From: Eledone cirrhosa
Taxonomy: Eukaryota
Reading direction: 5' to 3'
NCBI GenBank assembly: GCA_964016885.1
Contig: OZ024743.1
Coordinates: 193,812,001 to 193,876,000 of the forward strand
DNA length: 64,000 nt
Shown one piece after another: positions 40,754-54,430 of this stretch (positions are counted from its first letter, which is position 1; each line of letters begins with the position of its first letter). The notes below the pieces were generated by a model. That model was not told where the DNA came from, made no database searches, and was given only the letters and a program-made list of their open reading frames with translations. The translations under genes and the position numbers were made by a program.

Positions 40754-43700
40754 TCTCAACATAACTTTACATACATTTAAAAAAAAAAAAAAAGGAAAAG
40801 AGCCAATAGTCATATCGAGCCAAGGAAACAATGTTTCGATTGTTCTTTCCATTTCTCATACTCTCTGCCAGTGGCAACTCCTGACAGAAAGCGGCAGCAT
40901 TTGAAATCTGACAGCTGAGACCCGGTTCGGATACAACAAAGTATCCTGACCAACTTTTAACAATTTCTCCAACCAACCGCATCTGGAAGGGTGGAAGGGA
41001 GAGTTAATCTCTGCAGGATGTGACCTTAGAGAGCAGAGAGCCGAAAGTAATACTGATATGTTTAGTTCGACAACTTAATGATTGCGCTAATTAAATGCTA
41101 TACATACATCTAAACTCATTGATTTATGTTTAGATTATCAAACGGCGGCGGTAATAGAGTATCTGAGTGCGCCGTAGAGTAAAATAAATATCATTAAAGG
41201 CTTTAAAAAAACGATATCAATGTTCTGAACATCTTGATAGACATAGCTTTGTTAAATATAAATATGATTAATACACAAAGCATTTAAAAAAATTGAGGTA
41301 ATTATTCCTTTATTTGATCACTTATCTATCTGTTTCTAAATAATGTGTATTAATTGATAAATAGTTGAAAACAATTTTTCAGTACAAGAAATATTGACCT
41401 GTCTACTACTGTCCTCCTGGGCTGCAGAGTGGCCAGCGCGTGGGCCCTTATTTGTTCATAATAGTGAGAGATGAGCAGAGCGGGAGAGACGGAGTGATTG
41501 AGATTGGGAGTTTGGTTCCTATGTGTTCGCACCACATGTTACATATATATTGACCCAACAAAGTTGTTAAGAGGTCTACTGAATTGACAGAAGCTAATAC
41601 GGAAGATAGAGTTGTCTAATCTTGGTCAGAATTGTCTTCAATATTGCTTATATTTAAGTTTTGTTTAACAGTTCACACAAAGTGAAATTGTAGTAAAACC
41701 AGCAAGTGGAATTGCATCTAACCCTCAAAACAAAACCTCAAACAAACACCGAATCTTCCTTGTACCACATCTTATATGCGCATGGCAGGAAGTGGAAACA
41801 CGTAAAGAGAACAGTTATATGGAATAATAAGTTGTGCCTGAACACCACCTTTAGGTTCATAGTATGATCTGGTGGTTTCTATAAAATCCATCTGTACTCT
41901 CTCTATATATTATATAATTACTCGACATTGTATTAAGTTGTTTCTTGTGTATATATGAGTGGAAGAGTGAGAGTAGGTGTGTATATATATACATATGTGT
42001 ATATATAAACGTATGTATGTTTTTTTTGTATGTATGTAAGTATGTATGTATATATGTATCGATATCCACATAATACATCTACACGGGGGTGTTTAAAAAA
42101 ATTTGATATCATTTCAGATGTAAATATCCCAGAAACTACAAAACCGGGGACAACAAGACTGAGCAGGCTCAATGTTGAGTAACATAATATTTATCCCTAT
42201 AAATTCGAATGAGAAATCCAAAGGTATGAATTATTTCACAAACGTTTATTATGCTCGCCTACTGTTATACGGCACACGTCATGTCGGTAATTCAACTTCT
42301 ACCAAACAACACCCCAGAATATTTTCACTTAGAGTATCCAGTGTGGCAGTGATTCTATGATGGAGTTCATCTAGATTTTTTAGAAAGAGTGGGGATGGAG
42401 CTAGGACATAGACCAGTCCCCTTCACTTCCCATTAAATTCGGCCATAACATGACCAAAATATGACCTGACGAAAGGATGTATTGAAGCCCACTATAGGGT
42501 CTAACGTCTACTTATCATTTGTGTGCAGGATACTCAATCACTGGGGACATTGAACGAGAAGGGTTAAATCTAGGAGAGCGAAACCTCTGGCTTCAACTCC
42601 TTTCCTGTTTGGGAAGGACTAGGAGAAGGAGTATATCGGTGTAAAACCTCAGAATTTGGTATGGTGCAGTCGTCACACCTTTCTGTGTATTCACCGGAAA
42701 CTTTTCGCATTACTAAAAAAGGGAATAGCGTGCAATGCAATCTCTATTCATTATAAACAAACACCCAGTCAGGTATCTTTTCATAATATGTCATTCTCAT
42801 GCGAATTTAACCTAAAGTGAATTGAGCGTGCAGTGCATGCAATCCTCTATTTACGAAAAGGAATTTTTATAGGTAGCTCTGATCGTTTGAATGGTTTAAA
42901 AAATACAGCTAATTACACATTGCTAGAATTGAAGGGGGATTTTTATCAAAAAACTAAAAGAATATAAAAGAGGAAAGCTATTACGAGAGGCAGATATTTA
43001 ATATTGGTGAAACTGCTTTAATGTTTAAATGCATGCCTTCAAAATCATTCCCTGTGAATAAAGAAAAACAAACGTTGCTGGTTATAAAGCATCAAAATAC
43101 TGAATCATGATTTTAATGGGAGAAAATGCTGAAGGCGATTTTAAACTAATACAAATCGTATTCAAAATCCGAGAGCTCTCAGAGGGTACTGGCATAAAGC
43201 ATTATCCGTCATCTGACGCTCAAATAAAAAAAAAGCGTGGTTAACGACGTTGCTTTTAGAAGATTAGTTCAAAACCCATATCTGTTCATTAGTAAAAAAA
43301 AAAAAAAAAAAATGGCGAACAAAATAATCTTAGCTTTAAACTTTTACGGCTTTTAGATGATGTCCTTGGCCACCCCCCCCCCTGCGATAAATAACTTCAG
43401 GGAAAAGTGAAAAAAATTGCGTTTTTGCCTTCTAACACAATATCCATTTTGCGTTCTATGGATATTGTGTAAGTGTGTATGTGGGGGGGGGGGGGGTCAT
43501 TTCCACTTCTAGAGCCAGCCGATCATCTAAAAATACCTTTTGAACAAGCAATGTAAGGCACTACGGGTGATAACCCGATTTCATCAGTTGAATACTGGAA
43601 GACATTTATGATAAAAATACAGTTGAATTTATTGGAGTGTCCTGTTAGCATGTGACGTCAAATAACCTGAGTGTTGTATGGAAATAACTTTTGTTTCATT

Positions 43701-43784
43701 GCACAAATTATTTTCTCGGGATTACATAGCTACACTATTACTTTTTTACTCTTTTACTTGTTTCAGCCATCCGGCTGAGGCCAA

Positions 43785-44140
43785 TTGACGAAATTGGACA
43801 TAAATTAGTGATGTAGCTTCAGCAAATGTGCAGGAATAATTGAACTCACACCATGAAAAGTTGAGCGATAGCGATCTTGTCAACATTGATCAACAGCGAG
43901 CCTATGAATATGACAATGACGAACACACCAAGGGAGAAAACGCTCCAAAAAGCGAAAATAATTTGCAACAGTTTCAGAAAATGTTTCGCTCTGCTGAAGA
44001 GTTAAAGCCATAACTTATGCGTTTTGATCCACAACGAAGCATGTAAGTCCGCTGAATGATTGATAAGATATTGAGCTTCTACAGGGAAAAGTATAAAGAG
44101 AGGAGAAAACATAAGAGTTATCGAATTAGGCAATAGATTT
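43785..44140 (+). pseudogene. remnant of a pogo/Tigger-like transposase C-terminus
   Basis: By-eye translation LNSHHEKLSDSDLVNIDQQR...FDPQRS...LSFYREKYKERRK, with stops, resembles the Tigger tail. Confidence 0.4.
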
Positions 44141-45242
44141 AAAAAAAAAAAAAAATAGTGGCTAAATTATGTTCACGCAGTAAATATATTTACAATTTGT
44201 GGTGTTTTATTTTGCCTTCTTTTAAATAGAAATATATAAGCTTTTGAAAAATAGCTGGTTGAATTCAAATATTATGTATGTATTTTATAGGGTTGTACCG
44301 ATTAATCGGCAGATAATTGGTATCGGGAATATCGGCTCTTGTCGTTCAATCAGTTTTGATAACTGGTCATTTAAGCCTACAGAAATTATGATTCTGTAAT
44401 TTTTTTACTTTTTATCCTATCGAGTTTTGTTCACCCTATTATCATCTTATAACCACTGCTTAATTCAAAGATAGAAACAAAAGTAAACTATTTTGTGTAA
44501 CATGCGTGTTAAGTAAGGAAATATAAATATTTTCTGGGCTTGCTTTAAGGTGTTGGGGGAAAGGGAGAATGAAGCAGCACTGTGGTATCTCTTAAAAAAC
44601 AACACTACCCTCCCAGAAAAAAACAACAGCCAATTAACAGCTTCCTTATTAACCAAGTTAAGAATCGCACCATTCAGATGAAATGATGACATTATACCAA
44701 CCTTGTCACGAGTCACGACGCCATAACTCATGATCACAGGAGAATGAATAGACTAAATTTAGATAGCTATCAACAAATATATCATCAGCTATGCATTATG
44801 TTGTTTTCTAAGCATGTTTGTTTAATTTTAATTTATTAACTTTTGTATGTATGTCAATATAACAACTCAGACTACACATGTTAGTGTTCGGTTACACAGC
44901 AAATAAACAAGATGGAACGCTATGTCTAGATACAAAATGTGGGACGTGTTCTGTACAGAAGGTTGCGCTGTTGAACGACATCGTTCCATCGCAATAAAAA
45001 TTAAAATCTATGGTAAAATCGACCTAAATTTGTCATGTAATCTCAAATACTAGCTTCATAATTAGGTTTGATTATGAAATATTAATTATAAAACTCATTT
45101 TAATATCACAATGCATAACAATCTGCGGTCGATTAATGGATATCGACCGATATGGTAGAGAGAGAGAGAGAGAGAGAGAAAGAAGAAGAATAGACCGGTA
45201 CTTTTTTATCAACCGCGAAAGGATGAAAGAGATATAGAGGAA

Positions 45243-45402
45243 GAATAGACCCCAGTACTTGAGTGATACTTTATTTATCGACCTTAAAAGATGAGTGGCA
45301 AAGTTGACCTCGGTGTGATTTGATCTCAGAGCGCAGAGAGCTACAACAAATACTGCAAAATGCTCCACCTGACGTTCTAACGACTCAGCTAATTCGCTAC
45401 CT
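45243..45402 (-). mobile_element. SINE family A
   Basis: Core and head similarity to other copies. Confidence 0.65.
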
Positions 45403-45440
45403 ACATATCCCCAATAGATGCTGCTAATATACCCCCATAG

Positions 45441-45622
45441 ATAATTGTTTCTAGTATTGGCACAAGGCCAGCAATTATCCCAATGCATTACTGGTACTTT
45501 ATTTGATCGACCTCGTAAGGAGGAAAGGCAAAGTTAACCTCGGCTGGATTTGAACTTAGACCATAAATGGGCGTAACTATGCTGTAAAGCATGGCGTCCG
45601 AGCCTCTACCGATACTGCCAAA
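45441..45622 (-). mobile_element. SINE family A
   Basis: Close match to 915-1103 along its length. Confidence 0.8.
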
Positions 45623-46374
45623 CAAACTCTCGTTTATTATTATCTATACCCGCATAGATGATAATAAACGAGAGAGGGTGTTTTGAAAGCTTGGAATTTC
45701 CTAGACAATAAGTTCAACGGAGCTGATCAGTAGATTCACTACAGTCGGAAACTGCATCGAATTTTAATAAAGCGAAAACATGAGGATTTTCCTCTGCGTA
45801 GCATTATAATCAAAACATCTATTTTGTGTATAGTTTCATAAAATCAATCATTGGAAACTTCATTCTTTTGCAGCATCTTTTGTTCCTCCTAATTGCTACT
45901 AACGAGTAGTTAATTACTGTGGTTAGCAATTGTCTTCTCATTTACTCTTTTATTATTGACTTCACTCACTTCATTAAAATGATAACATTGTTAGATGGTT
46001 CTTTTTTTTTTCTCGACTCTAAGTTACAAAAATACAACAAAATTGCTAGCTTGGAATCTATTAATAAGGCTTAACAAATTATTCCAAATTAATTTGCTGT
46101 TTTAACAATGTCCGTAGCAACTAGGATCAATTCAATTGTTGAATATCGCACAGTTGAGTTTGTTTCATAGAATTTTCCTGCTTTTTAATTGCTTAATTAC
46201 AATTATGTTATTATGTAGTTTAACAAAAGATCACGAAACTTTGATGTAACAGCTCTGAATAATGAACTTGTAATAGTCTGGTCTCTAAATATGCACTCAA
46301 TCAACTTCTAATTTTGTTCCACATCGTATTTAAATGATTTCTTCATATACAATGATTTCTTCATATACATAATT

Positions 46375-46583
46375 AATAATGGTTTCTGATTTAGGCATAA
46401 GGCCAAGGGAAGGCGAAAGTCGATTAAATCGACCCCAGCGTGTTACTGGTGCATTATTTTATCGACCCCGTAAGGATGAAAGGCAAAGCTAACCTCGGCG
46501 GGATTTGAACTTTGAACGTATAGGGACGTAACTCTATGTCACTAAGCACGGTATCCAACGCTCTACCGATTCTGCCAATCCAC
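46375..46583 (-). mobile_element. SINE family A
   Basis: ATCGACCCCGTAAGGATGAAAGGCAAAGCTAACCTCGGCGGGATTTGAAC. Confidence 0.8.
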
Positions 46584-47136
46584 AATAAATAATAATAGTA
46601 ATTTGTCATTTATAATGCTGGCATCTTGTTAAGCTTAGAGCAATGGCTGACAATTACTGTTTATTTGTATTTAATATTCAACGTAGGAATAGGCGAACTT
46701 GGATCCATCATGCCTGCTGTATCACCCCATCTATTTATCTTATTGCATCATCTTGCGTATAAGCTGTGGATTGCATATCTTTGAGGTACATAAGAAATGC
46801 ATATTTGTCGTTCTTCAACTCTCTTTTCATTGTTCTCGTTAAGGCATTCACTTACGCATTTATAATATAAGATAATGTAACATGTCTCTTTATGCTTCGA
46901 AGAGAATTTGTAATTGAAGAGAAATTGCATTACACAGGAATGCAAAACATAAACGGAGGTCGTTGGTAGCTTACTCTTTCTTCTACTGCAGCACTAACTA
47001 CACATATATACATTTTTTATTAGACAAACTTTTGGATGGAACAGCGAGAGCTGGAAAGAGGAAATGAAGAGGAAATTATGAAGAGAGAACGTATGACTGA
47101 TCAATTGTAAAAAAGGAAGAGATACAGTTAGAGAAT

Positions 47137-47219
47137 ATGTATATATATATATATATGTATTATATATACATGTATATATAATATATATATATGTATATAT
47201 ATACATGTATATATAATAC

Positions 47220-47313
<94 letters not shown>

Positions 47314-47560
47314 GCACATATACATATATACATATGCATATATGCATATATACGTATATATATATATGTGTATATATATATATATATATATACACACGTA
47401 TATATGCATATGTATATATGTATATTTGTATATGTGCGTATATATAGATGTATATATCTATATATGCATATGCATATATGTATATATGTATATGTACGTA
47501 TATATATATTTATATATATATATACATATACATATTTATATATATATGTATGTATATATG

Positions 47561-47591
<31 letters not shown>

Positions 47592-47650
47592 ATATGTGTG
47601 TGTGTGTGTATAAATATATAATGTATACACACACACACGCGCATATATAT
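47137..47650. repeat. (TA)n and degenerate TATG microsatellite block
   Basis: Read directly from the sequence. Confidence 0.9.
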
Positions 47651-48106
47651 GTATAGGGAGGTGGGGAGGGCGAGAGAGAGAGTGATTGTGCGTGTGTGTG
47701 TTAGTGTGAAATTGTGTTTGGTTCTGTATGTGTGTGTGTGTCTGTGATTCTGTGCATGTGTTTGATTGTGTGAAAGAGTGAAAGTCATGACATTTGAATG
47801 AAACAAGAAATAAGTTATAGATTGGTTGTCTTCTAAACACATACAAATTTAATATCAAAAGATAACAATATTAACGGTTATGACGAATAACTGCAAAATT
47901 AATAATCTTACTTTTGTAGTTCTGATGTAATTCATGGCGTCCTTTTGAAAACCTATTTAGTTTGAAAATATAAAAAAAAAATGAAGGAATGCAGACGACC
48001 AATTAATAAAGAAACAAATACAAAAGAAATAACAACAAAAACAATAAAAATAAAATAACAACAATTACAACAACATCAGCAACAGCAATAAAAGCAGCGA
48101 AAATTA

Positions 48107-48195
48107 ATAAAAATAAAAATAAAAATAAAAATAAAAATAAAAATAAAAATAAAAATAAAAATAAAAATAAAAATAAAAATAAAAATAAAATAAAA
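48107..48195. repeat. (AAAAAT)n microsatellite
   Basis: Read directly from the sequence. Confidence 0.9.
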
Positions 48196-48617
48196 TTGTT
48201 AATAGTAAAATGAAAATGTGGACTTCATAGATGTTTTTGAGCAAACCATAGTTGTTTAATTGTAGGAAATAAGAGAGAAAATATCAGATAAGATAGAAGT
48301 GGCTAACTATGGCTTGCCAAATTGTATGTATGTATGTATGTTCTTCTGGTTTTATAATTTCACAAAGTTTTACCAATAGAGAGAGAGTCGGTTTCTAACG
48401 TAGACTCAAGACTCTCTCATTGGAATTTACACAACATCAACTAGGTAGATATGTATGTATGCATGCATGTGTAGATATGGATGTTATTGTATGTGTGGAT
48501 GTGGATGTTTTAAGTTGTATGTGTGCATGTGTATATGCTTTGTATCTGTACATGTGTATATGCAGTTATTAGATGCAACATTTTTGGAATGTATGTATGT
48601 ATGTATGTTATGTATGT

Positions 48618-48905
48618 ATCTAGGAGAAGGCAACTCAGGAAAGTGGGATAACTCCGACATAAAGCCTGCGGCTCAGTAGTTACCGATGATGTTGATCTTT
48701 TCTTTTCGGGTTATAGCTACTCTCGCTCAGAGAGTGGGATTGGCTCAGTGCACAGTCTTTCCTCACTTTAAATAAAATCTTCACTCACAGGCATTGCACG
48801 ATAGAATTAATTAATGATTATTAATAATGGTATATCGTGCAATGACCATGCTCGATAACGAGGGGGTAGCCATCATCATGTATGTATGTGTGAATGTATG
48901 TATGT
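48618..48905 (+). mobile_element. RTE-derived SINE-like element, family D, 5'-truncated
   Basis: Homologous to 37860-38200; (TATG)n on both sides. Confidence 0.7.
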
Positions 48906-48932
48906 ATGTTTATATGTTTGCATGCATGTATA

Positions 48933-48975
<43 letters not shown>

Positions 48976-49074
48976 CATATATGTATGTGTATCCATGTAT
49001 GTATGTATGCATATATGTATATACATGCATGCATGTATATACATATGGTTGTATGTATGTAAGTAGATATATAT

Positions 49075-49305
49075 GCCCGCAACTGGTGCAGCCAGTCGTT
49101 GGAGTGTTACTCTAGACACTTTCGCAGTCAGTTGTTGCCACTGGTCTCTATCCTCTGTCATTCGGAGAAGGGTCTCGGTGTTTTCACCATTCCAGTTTTG
49201 TTGTTGTCAGACAAGGATTTCCTTTGTCTGCCTTTTCTTCGCCCTCCCTTGACTGTGCCCTCTTTTCTACGTCCTCTCTTTTGGTCTTAATTCGTTCACT
49301 CCATC
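49075..49305 (-). mobile_element. 3' fragment of an RTE (BovB-like) LINE
   Basis: EGTVKGGRRKGRQRKSLSDN...MTEDRDQWQQL is typical of an RTE ORF end. Confidence 0.65.
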
Positions 49306-50277
49306 TTGTATGTATGTATTACTTTTGTTGTAATTCTTTGAATGTCTTTTTATAAAGTAGAGGCTGATATCTAGCAAACTAAAACTCCACGCTGGAATTT
49401 AGATAATAACTACATATTTGAATTTGAGAAAATCTTTGAATTTTTCCTCTGTTCCATTTACATATCAGAATTGTAAAGGGCGAATTAGACGGCAACTTTC
49501 TTGGCCTAAAACCACAGATAATTAGATATTTGGAACGCAACAGAGTGCACAATCTGGGTTTTCTACTAATCCTCCATAATTATTATTTTCTCAATAATTT
49601 TTGAAAGAAAGGTTTATACCCGCCAGATAGCAGAGATTTATAACAGTACATAATTTTGTGTGTGTCTCAAACGACTATATTAGGCCTGTTACATTAGCAT
49701 TAAACGACGATTTTGATGGGAATTTTCGATCAATATTCCTTGTGTTCAAACGTATGTTTGTAATTAACGTATTTAATATATATGTCCCAGAGCAGCCTCC
49801 TGTACTTATGGTAATTTATATTTTATTAACAATGGCACCATGAAACTCTATGCCATATATTTTAATGAGATTCTGGGGTACCTGCTGATCACATGTGATA
49901 TCTTGCATAGATATCTGACATAATCAATATTTTGCGTCGCATCTTGGAAGCTTAAGAACTTCATGACAGGCATTTTGTACCTACCCCTGTTTCAATAGAA
50001 AAATGTGAAGTGGTGTAAAATTCACGAGACTAAGAAAGGTTAAATTTCTCGAAAAAATTAATACCAAACTCAAATTTGTATGTATGTTTGTATAGTCCTG
50101 TAACATCTGATGGAGTTGTTGTTGGACCGTCGTGACATACAGCATGCCATGGGCATTTTAAACCTGCAGAGTCCTACATGTTTCCAGGTCTGAACACAAC
50201 GAATTTCTTTCAGAGAATGTGTGTGTGCGCGCGTGTATGTGTGTGCGTGTGTGTGTGTGTGTGAGAGAGAGAGAGAA

Positions 50278-50420
50278 GAATAGACGCCAGTAATGGACTG
50301 GTACTTTTTTTATCGACCTCAGAAGGAGAAAAAGCAAAGTTCACCATGGCAAAATTTGAACCCAGAGCACAGAGAACCGCAACGAATGCCTTAAAGCCTT
50401 TGAATTGACGGGCTGGGAGA
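50278..50420 (-). mobile_element. SINE family A, diverged
   Basis: CTGGTACTTTTTTTATCGACC...GCAAAGTT...ATTTGAAC pattern. Confidence 0.6.
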
Positions 50421-50603
50421 ATGCAAATAGTCCCCCTTGTATGTATTTGCTGAGGTGTACTAGTTCATCAGCAACTCGATAATGTGGAACATCTAGAACT
50501 GAGTATTATCTGAGGAGTTCTCTCCTTTAAGAAAATGTTTTATTCAATTTTAAGGACTTCGTTAATGTATTTGTTGTTGTTGATTTTAGTGGATGCAAAC
50601 TAT

Positions 50604-50905
50604 GTGAAAGTGCGTGGCTTTGTGGTTAAGGTATTCGGCTTACAGTTGTAAGGTTGTGAGTTCGATTCCCCGCGGCGCGTTGTGTTCTTGAGTAAGACAC
50701 TTTATTTCACGTTGCTCGCGTCCACTCAGCTGGAAAAAAATGTGTTGTACTCTGTAATTCGAATGGCCAGCTTTGTCACATACTGTGTCACGATGAATCT
50801 CCATGAGAACTGCGTTATGTGTATGCGTGTCTGTGGAATGCTCAGCCACTTGCACGTATATTTCACGAAGAGTCTGTTCTGTTGATCGGATCAGCCGGAA
50901 CACTG
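50604..50905 (+). mobile_element. tRNA-derived CORE-type SINE, family C
   Basis: TGGCTTTGTGG A-box, GAGTTCGATTCC B-box and GTTCTTGAGTAAGACACTT. Confidence 0.8.
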
Positions 50906-51185
50906 GCTAGCACTATCGGCATGTGAATTTTGTTATAGTCTCGGAATTACCAAATACTTGTGGGTACAATTTTGCAGTCAGAGACAGTGTTGAAGCCCGC
51001 AAAGGGTTGGACATTTAATCGGAAACACCACCACCTGACTCCTGGGTGACTTTAGTAGAATACACACTGTTGCATGTATTCAGATCAGGTCTTTTATCAG
51101 AGGAAAAGTTCCTTCTTACTTCCCGCAGGTTTCAATGACCCAGAAAAATGTCATGAACATCGCCATTCTTCCACTAACTAGGTTA

Positions 51186-51950
51186 TTAGGCGATAAAAAT
51201 ATGGCACTCAATGGTTGTGTGGACTGAAATTTTGATGCCAGGAGTGAATTTCCTCTTTAGATTGGTAATGTATCCCAAAAATTTGGTATCTATACTAATA
51301 TTACAAATGCGTTGCAGGATATCCACACTATCATACATTTTAGCATCTGGTGTTATTCTCTGCGTTCCTTCTGTATTCGTACACAAAACCCATACATAAT
51401 ATATATTCGTCAATATAATATCTAGCTATTTGTAGCACTCATGTGAACATAAGAGATGATAGATTTAAAGGCTTTGGGTGGTTTGCGAAGCAGATTTTCG
51501 GCGTTCAACTATCAAATATGTACAGTAATTTTTGGCAAAGTTCCATCGATAAACTGAAAATGCTGTTATTAAGTGCAGCTAATTCTCAACATTGAAAATA
51601 TTATCAGCATGAAACTTTAGATCGTGGCCTCTTCCTCCAGATTATGGATTTTATTAGTGTATCTTGCTGATGTATAGTATACAACCACTGGATTTTATTT
51701 AATAGAAAACGACAGTGGAGTTAGTGCAAACATAAACCATAGCCTAAACAGATTGTCTCCTTTGAATATTTGTTTTGAAAGATTTATGACATCGGAGATA
51801 ATCGTTCTACTTTCCATTACAAGTTTGATTTGTTTACCTGGTATTTGTGAACCTTTCAATGACAGGCACCAGAGCAGCAGCAGGTAATTTTGCCAAATGC
51901 AGTTATTGCAGCAAACCGTAAGTGGTGAATAGAATCAGTGCCTTTCTATA
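51186..51950 (-). mobile_element. possible old CR1/L2-like RT remnant
   Basis: Weak motifs DAKMY, TKFLG and LNAE on the minus strand. Confidence 0.25.
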
Positions 51951-52019
51951 ATCATAATCAAACTATATAGTCACATGGTTTCCTTGTGATTCCTTTGTAT
52001 TTCAGATATCACAGATTTA

Positions 52020-52645
52020 TACATACATGCATACATGGTGGTTGCCAACTCGTTTTCGAGTACGGCCACTACTTTATATCCATGTAGGAGCACCACTACT
52101 GATGCGCAGAACGAGTGTGACATTTTAGTCCAGCCAGCGACTTGAAAACTCTGGTACAAACACTACACTTGTGACAATTACTGACACATAGTGCTGGGCC
52201 CATTGTACCCTGTGATGACAAGTGCAGAGAGATCTCCAGATACAAAGCAATGCCTGTGCCGTGAAGCTTTTATAGTGAGCAAAGGCACTGCACAAAGCCA
52301 GTCCCACTCTCTTAACCAAGATGATATTTACCAAAAAGAAGAACAAGTCAACATCATTGGATACCATCAGGGTTGCAGGTGCTATATCAGAGTTTTCCTT
52401 CTCCTAGAATTCTGCCCTGACAAAGACTAAGGGGTCATCTCTCCCGGTGATTTTGGATGGCCATTGACTCTTAAGAGCTCCTTTGCTCTTTGACAGGTTT
52501 TGTTTTTAGTCCTGCAGGATGTCCAAAGTCACCCTCCACACCAAGAAACCTTGGTGGGGTTGCCAGTTTAGTCGCCAACGACCCGACCATGAGACAGGTT
52601 GTACTGGGATACATGTTACCAGTAGCACCAACTGGTGACCTGACA
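52020..52645 (-). mobile_element. RTE-derived SINE-like element, family D2, apparently complete
   Basis: Near-identical to 59808-60232; its 3' 150 bp is shared with the RTE 3' UTR at 60860-61022; (TATG) tail. Confidence 0.75.
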
Positions 52646-52810
52646 TAATACAGACATGCATACATACATACACACGTACACACATACATATATATACATG
52701 TACACACACACTCACACATACATACAAACATACATACATGCATACACACTTACATGCATACATACACACATACAGACACTCACACATACATAAAAACATA
52801 AATACATACA

Positions 52811-52880
<70 letters not shown>

Positions 52881-52949
52881 TACATACACACTCTCACACA
52901 TACATACACACACCCACACATGCATTCACTCACACATACACGCACTCAC

Positions 52950-53160
52950 ACATACATGATGGCTGCAAACTCTGCTAAGAGTATTGCAATCGCTTGTCAA
53001 ATTACAGAAAATGGTCCACTTTTAGGCTATGGCCAGCCACATAAACCAGTAACAGACCCTGAACAAGCAATGCCTGTGCTTCGAAGGTTTTTTTAAGTGG
53101 GGAAAGGCTTGGCACTCGACCAATCCCACTCTCTGAGCATCGGAAACACTACTCGAAAAG
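52950..53160 (-). mobile_element. family D-related 3' fragment
   Basis: CATGATGGCTGCAAACTC...AAGCAATGCCTGTGC...CCAATCCCACTCTCTGAGC. Confidence 0.55.
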
Positions 53161-53414
53161 GATACATACATATATACATACATACATACACATTAGAACA
53201 AGAAAGTAGACGACTAGTTAGGAAATTACAAGTACAATTCCATTAATGGAACAGTACAAATATGTAAAACATAACAAATATTCTGCATGTAATAACTGCA
53301 CATATACACATGTGCAGATACAAAACACATGCACATGCACACATACAATAATATCCATACCTGCACACACACGCACGCACGCATCCATACACACACACAC
53401 ACATATATATATAT

Positions 53415-53479
<65 letters not shown>

Positions 53480-53489
53480 AACGAGTAGG

Positions 53490-53585
53490 ACCCCGACGGC
53501 TGTGCTCAAGCCGTTTCGACGGCTAATTCTAGACTAAATGAAAATTTTTGTCCTGGTATATGAATAGCCGAGCTTCTCAGGGGGT
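53490..53585 (-). ncRNA. type I hammerhead-like motif, R4 inverted copy
   Basis: Reverse complement of 54335-54430. Confidence 0.6.
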
Positions 53586-54334
53586 AATTCCATATATGGT
53601 AAAAGTGATTGTCACAAGGATTGGTCAAAAGTTTGTTGTTGAGACACATAATTCTATCATGGCAATTTGTGGAAGGAAGGGGTAGCTGAACCTGCCAGTA
53701 GAAGAAAGAGGGAGAGGGTGTGGAGGAAACCCAGTCGGGCGTTGATAGTGCCAACTACAGAAGGGCAGGAGGTCAAGCAAGTATATCTTACGGTGACGGG
53801 TCAACAAGTGGGGTGCCAAAATACTACGGGACTCTGAATATTATTTCGTGGTAGTTTCTTTAGTATTTTGGCCCCCCCACTTGTTGACCCGTCACCGTAA
53901 GATATACTCGGTTGATTACTACTAACTCTTAAAAGGGTCTCATTATAATTCCGTCCCACTTAGTAAACTTTTCTATAGTTTAGCAGTACCAGTGAGAGAC
54001 TTGATGACTGTCGTTAGGGAATAGTAACCAGAAATTGTTTTTTTTATACCTTTAACATTCTCGGTATTCTTCTATATATTTACCCCATATTGTTTTACTT
54101 ATTGTTTCGACTTCCTCCCCCTCCCCCTCCCTAGTATACTTCCTTGACCTCCTGCCCTTCTGTAGTTGGCACTATCAACGCCCGACTGGGTTTCCTCCAC
54201 CCCCTCTCCCTCTTTCTTCTACTGGCAGGTTCAGCTACCCCTTCCTTCCACAAATTGCCATGATAGAATTATGTGTCTCAACAACAAACTTTTGACCAAT
54301 CCTTGTGACAATCACTTTTACCATATATGGAATT

Positions 54335-54430
54335 ACCCCCTGAGAAGCTCGGCTATTCATATACCAGGACAAAAATTTTCATTTAGTCTAAAATTAGCCG
54401 TCGAAACGGCTTGAGCTCAGCCGTCGGGGT
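54335..54430 (+). ncRNA. type I hammerhead-like motif with long stem II (core variant CUGAGAA)
   Basis: ACCCC CTGAGAA GCT CGGCTA...TAGCCG TC GAAA CGGCT TGAGCTC AGCCG TC GGGGT. Confidence 0.6.

Noticed and set aside
52540-52645. HDV-like ribozyme at the 5' end of the D2 element (CTAA-ACTGG motif)
   Set aside because: A P2-like pairing exists, but P1, P3 and L3 could not be assembled by eye.
53506-54414. Two nearly identical 82-aa ORFs on opposite strands
   Set aside because: They are a by-product of the fold-back, have non-ATG starts, show no recognisable domain and overlap the hammerhead.
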